From NCBI GenBank assembly GCA_007127715.1, contig SKYU01000003.1:2507-66506 (forward strand): a stretch of 64,000 nucleotides of DNA. Direction: 5' to 3'. Of this stretch, positions 45,036 through 54,530 are shown in pieces (positions within the stretch are counted from its first letter, which is position 1; the number at the start of each line of letters is the position of its first letter). The translations under genes and the position numbers were made by a program. Under the pieces are notes generated by a model. It ran no database searches and was not told where the DNA came from. It saw only the letters and a program-made list of their open reading frames with translations. The DNA is from Gammaproteobacteria bacterium. Its GTDB lineage: Bacteria > Pseudomonadota > Gammaproteobacteria > Steroidobacterales > PWYM01.

Positions 45036-45741
45036 GCGCGATCTCCTGCGCTGCCGCGGCCTCGAGCTGGCGGTCAAGCTCGCGGCGCGCAAGCCGGGTG
45101 ACCACCACGGTGACGACCAGCGTCGCCACCAGACCGAGCGCCAGCAGCAGCTGGCCGGCCAGCCCGGTCTCCACCTCACCCCCCGCAGCGGTGGCGAGCG
45201 ACTGGGCAAAGGTGCCCGCCCAGACGTAGAGCACGGTCGCGGGGAACATGCCGATCCACGACGCGAGCACGTAGTGACGCACCGGCACGGCCGTCAGTCC
45301 AAGCGCGTAGTTCAGCAGATTGAACGGAAATGCCGGGGACAGCCGCACCAGCAGCACGATCAGAAAACCGCGGCGGCCAATAGCGCGGTCCAGCGCATGG
45401 AACCTCGGCCAGGCCGCGATACGCGAGGCAATCGACTCGCGTGCGATGGAGCGCCCGAGCAGGAAGGCAGCCGTGGCGCCCAGCACGCTACCAACCGATA
45501 CCAGCACCACCCCCTGGACCAGCCCGAAGATGAAACCTGCCGTGATGGTGAGGATGAGCCCCGGCAGCATGAAGACCGTCGCGACGATGTACAGTGCGAT
45601 GAAGACCGCCCAGGCCACGTCCCGGTGCGCCTGGATCCAGGCAAGCCCTGTGGTCAACCACTCGGCCACCGGCAGCAGCAGCGCCAGTCCGAACAGGCCC
45701 GCGAGCGCCACCGCAAACACCAGCAATCGACGGTTCATCAT
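45028..45741 (-). CDS. TVP38/TMEM64 (DedA-related) membrane protein
   Basis: FMLPGLILTITAGFIFG...LLVRLSPAFPFNLLNYALGLT. Overlaps both neighbouring genes (8 nt and 4 nt). Confidence 0.88.
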   Translation of the reverse strand: MMNRRLLVFAVALAGLFGLALLLPVAEWLTTGLAWIQAHRDVAWAVFIALYIVATVFMLPGLILTITAGFIFGLVQGVVLVSVGSVLGATAAFLLGRSIARESIASRIAAWPRFHALDRAIGRRGFLIVLLVRLSPAFPFNLLNYALGLTAVPVRHYVLASWIGMFPATVLYVWAGTFAQSLATAAGGEVETGLAGQLLLALGLVATLVVTVVVTRLARRELDRQLEAAAAQEIAHG

Positions 45742-46442
45742 GCCATCTCTCCGGGGCCCAGCCCCATCGTCTCCAATGCCTGTAGCAGTGTGCGCCGTGC
45801 AGGTCGCGGGTCACCGACAATATCCCGGGCCAGCGCCCGAAGATCGGCGGCAGTATCGACATCGGCTGCACCGGGAAGCCGACTGACCGACAGGCCTGCG
45901 GCCACGCAGCACGCCGTCAGGGTCGCACCCAGCGCAGCCGTACTCCAGGGCAGACCCGCCAGGGGCGGCCATGATTGCCTGGCGGCCATCAGCACCACGC
46001 CACCGTCGGCAGCCGGCGCCAGCGCCACGTCGTGTGTCTCCAGTGCGCTGGCGGCGCCCTCGAGCTGCGCGGCGCCCAGCGCCGGGGCGTCGCTGCCGAT
46101 GAACGCCAGTCTCGCATGGCCCGCGCCACGCAGCGCTGCATCCAGCGCTGCGAGACGCTCACCGAGATTCCCCGACGACTGCACCCGTACCGTTGCCCGC
46201 GGCAGGCGCTGCGTCGCCCAGGCCGCATCGTTGCCCGCTTCCGGCGCCAGCACCACCGGCCCGGGCCAGCCTTCAAGGTCCTCCATCGCGCAGTCGAGAA
46301 ACCGCGAGGCAAAGGCACAGGCAGCCTCTGCGCCGATTTCGGCGGCGAGACGCTGCTTGCCGTAGCCCGGCCGGGGCCGCTTGAACACCAGCACCAGGGT
46401 CAGTCGGGCGACGGCGTCAGGAACGGTGGAAGCGTGATGCAT
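45738..46442 (-). CDS. DUF2064-type transferase (TIGR04282-like, rSAM/selenodomain-associated 'arsenosugar' transferase 1)
   Basis: Start at MHHASTV (234 aa). Contains LVFKRPRPGYGKQRLA...IGSDAPAL...LAPAADGG. Confidence 0.7.
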   Translation of the reverse strand: MHHASTVPDAVARLTLVLVFKRPRPGYGKQRLAAEIGAEAACAFASRFLDCAMEDLEGWPGPVVLAPEAGNDAAWATQRLPRATVRVQSSGNLGERLAALDAALRGAGHARLAFIGSDAPALGAAQLEGAASALETHDVALAPAADGGVVLMAARQSWPPLAGLPWSTAALGATLTACCVAAGLSVSRLPGAADVDTAADLRALARDIVGDPRPARRTLLQALETMGLGPGEMA

Positions 46443-46595
46443 GGCTATCGGGTACGCGCACCGGCGATGTTCGGAGTCCGGCCGGCATGGAAGCACCCCA
46501 CCGGACGCCGCTGCAACCATTTGCCTGTCCGCAGGGTCTGCCTCACCATGCAGGCGCCTTCACAGCATCATGACGTGCCAGGACCGATCGACCGG

Positions 46596-47315
46596 ATGTC
46601 AGCCCCAGAGTCTCCCCCGCGCGTAAGCGTGATCATCCCGGTGTACCGCGACACCGAGGCGCTGGGCACGTTGCTGGGCTGGCTCGAGCAGGAGACCTTG
46701 GCGTGCGAGATCGTGGTCGTCGATGCCGGCGCCGACCCCAGCTGCCGGGCGCTGTGCAGCCGCTACGGCGCGCGCTGGCTCGATGCGCACCCCTGCCGGG
46801 GCACCCAGCTCAATACAGGCGCCGCGCAGGCCCGCGGTGACATACTATGGTTCGTGCATGCCGACGCACAGCCGTCTTCCGGGGCCATTGCGGCGCTGCA
46901 GGCTGCCATTGAGGATGGCGCGGCCGGTGGCGCGTTTCTCTTCAGCCTGCCGGCGGCACGGGGCCTGATGCCGCGGCTGATCGAGCGCGGCGCGAGGCTG
47001 CGCGCGGCGCTTGGTGGGATGGTCTACGGCGACCAGGGCCTGTTCGCGCGGCGCGACGCGTTCATGGCCAGCGGCGGTTTCGCCGACAGCGGGCTGTTCG
47101 AGGAAGTGCCGCTGGTGCGGGCACTGCGGCGCCGGGGCTTCATCCTGCTGCCCCTGCCCATCGGTGTTTCGCCGCGGCGCTGGCAGAGCGACGGCTGGTG
47201 GCGTGGCGTCCTGCGCAACCGCTCGCTCGCCCTGGCACACCTGCTCGGCGTGCCAGGGCCAACACTGGCCCGCTGGTATCGCCGCCCGCCGCGACAACAA
47301 CCGATCAAGGAGTGA
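46596..47315 (+). CDS. Family 2 glycosyltransferase (TIGR04283-like, rSAM/selenodomain-associated transferase 2)
   Basis: Start at MSAPESPPRVSVIIPVYRD. Contains VVDAGADP, ILWFVHADAQP and a C-terminal YGDQGLF block. Confidence 0.78.
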   Translation: MSAPESPPRVSVIIPVYRDTEALGTLLGWLEQETLACEIVVVDAGADPSCRALCSRYGARWLDAHPCRGTQLNTGAAQARGDILWFVHADAQPSSGAIAALQAAIEDGAAGGAFLFSLPAARGLMPRLIERGARLRAALGGMVYGDQGLFARRDAFMASGGFADSGLFEEVPLVRALRRRGFILLPLPIGVSPRRWQSDGWWRGVLRNRSLALAHLLGVPGPTLARWYRRPPRQQPIKE

Positions 47316-47319
47316 TTGC

Positions 47320-48231
47320 ATGGATATGCCCACCCGCGACCCGCGACTGTTCACCTCGACCGGCGAGGCCCGTGGCTACATCCAGCCCCATGCGCTGCGT
47401 GAGCTGTGGTTCCACACGGGCACGGCCTGCAACCTGGCCTGCCCGTTCTGCCTCGAAGGCTCGAAACCGGGGGATGACCGCCTGCAGCGCATCACCCTGG
47501 AGGACGTTCGGCCGTTCATGGACGAAGCCGCCACTTTGGGCGTCGAGAAGTTCTCCTTCACCGGCGGCGAGCCGTTCATCGTCAAGGATTTCGTGCGCGT
47601 CCTCGCCTACGCGCAGTCGCTGCGACCCTGCCTGGTGCTGACCAACGGCACCGAACCCGTGCTCAAGCGCATGCACCAGATCCGCGCACTGCGCGACGGA
47701 CGGCATCCGGTGAGCTTCCGCGTGAGCATCGACTGGCCCGACCGCCACCGTCACGAGGCCGGCCGCGGGCCTGGCACCTGGGCCTCGGCCTGGCAGGGGC
47801 TGCGCGAACTCCACGAGGCCGGCTTCGCGGTCTCACTGGCCCGTCAGGCCGAGGCGGGCGAGGACCGCGCCACCGCCGATGCGCCGTTTCGCACGCTGTG
47901 CAGGGAACACGGACTGCCGGAAGGCCTCACCATCGTCTCCTTCCCGGACTTCGGCAGCCCTGGCGAGACGCGTGGCGTCCCCGAAATCACCGAAACCTGC
48001 ATGACCCGCTACCAGGACGAGGCCAGCCGGCGCGAGTTCATGTGCGCCTTCAGCAAGATGGTGATCAAGAAAGCCGGGCAGATGCGCGTATATGCCTGTA
48101 CGCTGGTGGATGATGACGAGACCTACGACCAGGGGGGCAGCCTCGCCGAGGCCATAAACGTGCGCGTGATGCTCGGCCATCACCGCTGCTACACCTGCTT
48201 CGCCTACGGCGCCTCCTGCAGCGAACTCTAG
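47320..48231 (+). CDS. Radical SAM / Cys-rich-domain protein (TIGR04167-like, ArsS-like)
   Basis: AAGGAG RBS. Radical SAM motif CNLACPFC. Cys-rich C-terminus HHRCYTCFAYGASCSEL, with Cys where some family members carry Sec. Confidence 0.75.
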   Translation: MDMPTRDPRLFTSTGEARGYIQPHALRELWFHTGTACNLACPFCLEGSKPGDDRLQRITLEDVRPFMDEAATLGVEKFSFTGGEPFIVKDFVRVLAYAQSLRPCLVLTNGTEPVLKRMHQIRALRDGRHPVSFRVSIDWPDRHRHEAGRGPGTWASAWQGLRELHEAGFAVSLARQAEAGEDRATADAPFRTLCREHGLPEGLTIVSFPDFGSPGETRGVPEITETCMTRYQDEASRREFMCAFSKMVIKKAGQMRVYACTLVDDDETYDQGGSLAEAINVRVMLGHHRCYTCFAYGASCSEL

Positions 48232-48244
48232 AGAATCAAGAACC

Positions 48245-50008
<1,764 letters not shown>

Positions 50009-50057
50009 GTTCAAGGGGGAACCTGGGCCGACGAGACTCCGGCGGTCCGATAGGTGG

Positions 50058-50571
50058 CTAGGGCTCTGGCGCGGAGCCTGTCTCACTCACAATCGCCTCA
50101 AGCGTCCGCAACAGGACAGGCAGTTCATCCTGAACGATGCTCCAGACGGTGTCGTCATCGATCCCCAGATACGCGTGGATCAGCCTGTTCCGCGTCACGA
50201 TGATCATGCGCCATGGAATCTGCGGATGCGCGGCCCGAATCTGCTCCGGGATATTGCGAGCAGCTTCGCCGATGAGCTCGAGGTTGCGCAGTGTCGCATC
50301 GTAGGTACGCCTGTCGGCGATGAACTCTGTTGCCGTCAGCCCACTCGTGTACGACAGGGTAACCGAGAAGATCTTCGAGGTAGAACTGGACACCGAAGTA
50401 ACGCTCGGACGTGGCAGGCCCATCAAACGCCACGAGAATGTCGACGTCACTTCCAGGTTCCAATTGGTCGCGTGCCGCCGATCCGAACAGCGCGAGCCGC
50501 GTTACCCCAAACTGACTCGCAAGGTGCGCCTTGTGCTCTCGAAGAAGCTTGAGGGTTCGTGCCCTGTTCAT
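50058..50571 (-). pseudogene. Internally deleted MntA (nucleotidyltransferase antitoxin) / HepT (DUF86 toxin) module
   Basis: MNRARTL...GSAARDQLEPGSDVDILV...LLGYPV (73 aa of MntA) ends at ~50353. From 50351, in another frame, the sequence continues as YTSGLTATEFIADRR...RNRLIHAY (HepT with an intact Rx4HxY motif but no N-terminal ~20 aa). The region is visibly more AT-rich than its flanks. Confidence 0.55.
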
Positions 50572-50704
50572 GTCCGATCCCGACCGCAAAAGGTAATTTC
50601 TGAGTGACCTGCCATCGATGCTGGTCACTCGAAATGTACACGATCAGCTCACGCAGGCGTAGGTCAACCCGCAGAATGCGTTCGCAGGGACAGGACTGCG
50701 TCGC

Positions 50705-51664
50705 CTACGCCGGGAAGAACTCGATCGGCTTGGTGGTGGTCACCGGCGCGACATCCCGGTCCTCGAAGCGGAACATCATCACCCGCTGCACCAGCCGGCG
50801 CTCCAGCTCCGCATCCCCCAGCTCGCTCGAGACGACCTCGCACTCCGTCACCGTGCCGTTCGGCGCAATGGTCAGGCGCAGCACCACCTTGCCCTGCAGT
50901 GTCGGGTCTGCACGCAGCGCACGGCTGTAGAGCGCATAGATCGCACCCTTGTGCTGATCGAAGACCATCTCGATTTCTTCGCGGCTGCGCGAGCCGACGC
51001 CATCGCTCGCCCCACCCCGGCGCTCGGTCTCCTCGGCCACCAGTCCGGCCACAGGGGATTCGACGGTGGTGGCCGTGCGCTCGGCCAGCCCGCCCCCACC
51101 CGTACCACGGCTGAGTTCGGCCGTGGTGATACCGCTCGAAGCCTCTCCGGCGCGAGAGGTGATCATCGCCCGCTCTGCGCGGGAGGCCTGGGCTGCGCTG
51201 GAGACCGTGTTGGCATCCAGCACGCTGGACAGTGCCGCGCTCTCCCGCAGGGCGGCCAGCTCTTCGACCATGGGCATCACGCCGGCGGTCGATGCGCGTT
51301 CCCGCGCCTCTTCTACGCGGGTCTCAGGGCGCGGCTCTGGACGGGGCTCCGGCGGGACCACCTCGCGCGGGGGTTCGACCACGGCCACTTCCGGCTCGAC
51401 AGGTCGGGGCTCCTCGCGCACCACGGGTGGCGGGGGCGGCGGCTCGCGCTCGAGCACGAAGCGCGCCAGCCGCGGCGGGATGTCCTCGACACGGTCAGCC
51501 GCCCGCTCGGGCACCGGCAGCAGCGGCATGATCAGCGAGAACACCAGCACCACCAGCAGCACCTTCCAGGTCAGCCGTCGGAAACGATGCTCCTGCGCGC
51601 CACCAGTCGTGCCTGGCAGCTCGAAACTGCGGTAGTAGGGATTGCTTGCAGCTACGGCCGTCAT
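50705..51664 (-). CDS. TonB-like energy transducer with AgmX/PglI-type C-terminal domain
   Basis: N-terminal TM WKVLLVVLVFSLIMPLL. Pro-rich spacer PPPPPPVVREEPRPVEPE...PPEPRPEPRPE. Ala/Ser/Gly-rich insert. C-terminal IEMVFDQHKGAIYALYSRALRADPTLQGKVVLRLTIAPNGTV. Confidence 0.8.
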   Translation of the reverse strand: MTAVAASNPYYRSFELPGTTGGAQEHRFRRLTWKVLLVVLVFSLIMPLLPVPERAADRVEDIPPRLARFVLEREPPPPPPVVREEPRPVEPEVAVVEPPREVVPPEPRPEPRPETRVEEARERASTAGVMPMVEELAALRESAALSSVLDANTVSSAAQASRAERAMITSRAGEASSGITTAELSRGTGGGGLAERTATTVESPVAGLVAEETERRGGASDGVGSRSREEIEMVFDQHKGAIYALYSRALRADPTLQGKVVLRLTIAPNGTVTECEVVSSELGDAELERRLVQRVMMFRFEDRDVAPVTTTKPIEFFPA

Positions 51665-51676
51665 GCTCGTCCTCCG

Positions 51677-52183
51677 TCAGCGCAGCTGCGCCACCTGCGG
51701 TTCGATCACCCGCTGATTCACCGCGAGCGACAGGCGTGTGTAGTCGGCCTCGGTGCAGGTCGCCATGATTCGCCGAAGCAGCCGGTAGGGCAGCTCGCGG
51801 TCACCCATGATCGTCACCTCGGCCCCGTCCGCGCTCTCCCGCAATGCCCGTGCATGCTGCGCGCGCAGCGCCTCGGCCAGAGGTTCGATGACCGTTCCGC
51901 CCTCCTCGGCCAGCACATCGGCCACGGAGGCGACACGCCGGCCCTGGACCAGGATATCGTCGAGCGTCACGGCCACGACCACGGTCTCGCGTGGCAACTC
52001 GCGCGACACGGATTCCGGCAGGGTCAGGTCGCGGTCGCTCGGCAGCGTCTCCACCTCGGTCGAGTTCACCAGCAGGAAGAACACCAGGATGGTGAAGATG
52101 TCCATCAGCGACACCAGGTTGAGGCCACCACCCTTGCGGTGGCGCTCATGGTGTCGCTGCATGCGTGCGGCGCGGTCACTCAT
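51677..52183 (-). CDS. ExbD/TolR-family protein (copy 2)
   Basis: GGLNLVSLMDIFTILVFFLLV TM segment with the conserved D. The start overlaps the upstream stop (ATGA). Confidence 0.88.
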   Translation of the reverse strand: MSDRAARMQRHHERHRKGGGLNLVSLMDIFTILVFFLLVNSTEVETLPSDRDLTLPESVSRELPRETVVVAVTLDDILVQGRRVASVADVLAEEGGTVIEPLAEALRAQHARALRESADGAEVTIMGDRELPYRLLRRIMATCTEADYTRLSLAVNQRVIEPQVAQLR

Positions 52184-52704
52184 CGTCCCGTCCCCTCGGC
52201 TGCTGCGAGCACTGGTGCGTCCCCGATCGAGATGTCCGGAAAAAGCTCCATCTGTTCGACGTCCCCATTCCCGGCATGCTCGACCACGCGCACGGTATCC
52301 ATCACCTGCACCAGCAGGTCGTACTGGATATCGGGCTCGAGCAGCAGGGTCGCGGCGAGGATGTCCGGATGCTGCGCCTTCAGGTCCTGCAGACGCTCAG
52401 AGAGCTCGACCAGGGCCACGCCGTCATCGCCTTCGCGCGCGATCACCGCCAGCGAGCCGCGGTTGCGATCGCCGAGTTCCAGACGGTCGTCGCGCACCGT
52501 CACCTCGAGAGCGAGCGCCGGCTGGTCGTCGTCCTCTCCACCCTCGCCCGGCGCCGGCAGGTTGAGCTCGAGCACCGCCATACGCGAGAACACTGCCGTG
52601 ATCAGCAGGAACGGCACCAGCACCACCATCAGGTTCATGAAGGCGGTGATGTTGAGCTCGGCGGGATCCTTGGACCGCCGCGCCCGCAGGCGGCGGGATT
52701 TCAT
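52180..52704 (-). CDS. ExbD/TolR-family protein (copy 1)
   Basis: ELNITAFMNLMVVLVPFLLI TM segment followed by a periplasmic domain. The start overlaps the ExbB-like stop (ATGA). Confidence 0.85.
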   Translation of the reverse strand: MKSRRLRARRSKDPAELNITAFMNLMVVLVPFLLITAVFSRMAVLELNLPAPGEGGEDDDQPALALEVTVRDDRLELGDRNRGSLAVIAREGDDGVALVELSERLQDLKAQHPDILAATLLLEPDIQYDLLVQVMDTVRVVEHAGNGDVEQMELFPDISIGDAPVLAAAEGTGR

Positions 52705-53387
52705 GCCGCAGCCGCCTGCGCCTTCACCTGGGACTTGCCAGGCTGGGGAGCGGGATCACGTCGCTCGGTAATGGCATTCAGGAACTTCACCGAGGCCATT
52801 TCCAGGCCGTCGATGATTTCCGAGGTCTTGGTCTGCAGCAGCGTGTGCATCAGCAGCATCGGAATCGCCACCATCAGACCGAACGCAGTGGTGTTCATCG
52901 CCACCGAGATGCTCGCCGACAGCAGGTCGGCCTTGTCGGCCGGGTTGGCGCCCGCCACCGCGGTGAACGCCCGGATCAGGCCGATGATGGTGCCGAGCAG
53001 GCCGAGCAGCGTGGCGACGTTGGCGAAGGTGGCCAGGTAATGCGTACGCTTCTCCAGGCGCGGCATCACCTCCATCAGGCTCTCCTCCATCGCCTTCTCG
53101 ATATCGTCGCGACGGCCGGCCGAGCGGATACGCGCGAAGCCATACGTCAGCACGTTGCCGACGGCAGCCTTGGACTTGCCCGCCTCCTGGGCGGCGGCCT
53201 GGAAATTGCCGGCCTGCAGCTGCGGCGCAATGCGCTTCCACAGGGCGCGATTGCGGCTTTCGGTCGACTGCAGATACAGCCAGCGCTCGATGGCGATGGC
53301 GACTCCCAGCGCAAGGACCAGGACGATGGGGTACATGAATACCCCGCCGTCCTGGAAGAAGCGCACCACGCTTGCATACATGTCCAT
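52701..53387 (-). CDS. MotA/TolQ/ExbB proton-channel protein
   Basis: Start at MDMYASVVRFFQDGGVFMYPI with a GGAGGAG RBS. Conserved LATFANVATLLGLLGTIIGLI...AMNTTAFGLMVAIP. Confidence 0.9.
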   Translation of the reverse strand: MDMYASVVRFFQDGGVFMYPIVLVLALGVAIAIERWLYLQSTESRNRALWKRIAPQLQAGNFQAAAQEAGKSKAAVGNVLTYGFARIRSAGRRDDIEKAMEESLMEVMPRLEKRTHYLATFANVATLLGLLGTIIGLIRAFTAVAGANPADKADLLSASISVAMNTTAFGLMVAIPMLLMHTLLQTKTSEIIDGLEMASVKFLNAITERRDPAPQPGKSQVKAQAAAA

Positions 53388-53412
53388 CTCGGGTCTCCTC
53401 CAGGGGGTTCGG

Positions 53413-53892
53413 CTAGCGGTCTGTCGGGGTCTCGGCCAGCGCCTCCCGGTAGCGCAGCTGGCGGCGGTACTCACGCCGGTCGACCGGCGAAATGATGTCG
53501 TTGATCAGGGAATCGGCAGGTCGGCCCGGAACTTCACCCGGCTGGGCGGATTTCCAGGGCACGATGTGCATGATTCGGGGTAACTCGTCGTTGCCGGTGA
53601 TGGCGATCGCGTCCAACTCGAGCTCATCGACCAGTCGTCGGGCCACCGCGCCGTCCTGCGCAGCACGCGGGGCCGGGTCCGGCGCCGCCGCGGAGGACTC
53701 CGAGGGCGTCTCGTCGCCGTCGGGCTGTCGCGCGACGAGGACATCGCTCGCGGGATCTTTCTCCGTGACACCTGCACGGGCCTCGTCCGGACCGGGCGCC
53801 TGCGCCTGGGCCTCAACGAGGCCGGTGCAGAAAAAACCCAGCATGAGCGCAGCAATCGCCGATAACGCAGGGGATCGACCGCATCCGCTCAT
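53413..53892 (-). CDS. Small secreted protein of unknown function (operon member)
   Basis: Signal peptide ALSAIAALMLGFFCTGLVEAQA, acidic/Pro-rich linker, and C-terminal block ITGNDELPRIMHIVPWK. The start overlaps the upstream stop (ATGA). Confidence 0.65.
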   Translation of the reverse strand: MSGCGRSPALSAIAALMLGFFCTGLVEAQAQAPGPDEARAGVTEKDPASDVLVARQPDGDETPSESSAAAPDPAPRAAQDGAVARRLVDELELDAIAITGNDELPRIMHIVPWKSAQPGEVPGRPADSLINDIISPVDRREYRRQLRYREALAETPTDR

Positions 53893-54530
53893 GCCCCACC
53901 CCCGCTGTCCGCCACCCGCAAGGAGGCGTCGGCCTCCACGCGGCGTCGCAGCTCCACGATCCAGCGCGCGACCTCGGCATCGGGCTCGTCTCCGTGCATG
54001 TCCTGGTAGCGTTCAAAGTGCAGCAGTGCGACCGAGGGCCGTGCGAGGTACAGGTCGTTCAGTACCGCGCGATTGAAGTGCGCCAGTGCATATTCAGGGT
54101 CGGCCGCCAGGGCGGCGGCGTAGGCCGCATCAGCCGCCTCGAACCGGCCCTGCTCGCGCAACAGCAACGCAAGCTGATGATGCGCCGGAGCAAAATCCGG
54201 ATGCTCGCGCACCGTCTCCTCCAGCAGCTCCTGCGAACTGTCGGCCTCACCGAGCTCGCGCAGGACAATCGCAAGGTTCACGCGCGGACCAGGCAGGGCC
54301 GGCTGCCGCGCCTCGAGGGCCCGCAGACGGCGTTCTGCAGACATCCAGTGCCCGGCCTGCATGTCGGCGAGGGCGGCGGCGAATTCCTGTCTCGCCGCAT
54401 CGCTGACCTCGACACTCTCGTCGACAGACCGTTCACTCACCGAGGCGCAGCCGGTCAGCAACAGCGCCAGTGCCGCTGCGGTGATGCCGGCGCGAGCGCT
54501 GCCGCGGCGGTCAGTACAGACGTGCAACAT
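53889..54530 (-). CDS. TPR-repeat lipoprotein
   Basis: Lipobox LLLTGCAS. About 4 TPR-like repeats (e.g. APAHHQLALLLREQGRFEAADAAYAAALAADPEY). Confidence 0.8.
   Translation of the reverse strand: MLHVCTDRRGSARAGITAAALALLLTGCASVSERSVDESVEVSDAARQEFAAALADMQAGHWMSAERRLRALEARQPALPGPRVNLAIVLRELGEADSSQELLEETVREHPDFAPAHHQLALLLREQGRFEAADAAYAAALAADPEYALAHFNRAVLNDLYLARPSVALLHFERYQDMHGDEPDAEVARWIVELRRRVEADASLRVADSGGGA

Noticed and set aside
50656-50711. 8-bp inverted repeat GGCGTAGG...CCTACGCC after the TonB-like gene as a terminator
   Set aside because: The loop is 40 nt, there is no U-tract, and the right arm overlaps the stop codon. This is not convincing.
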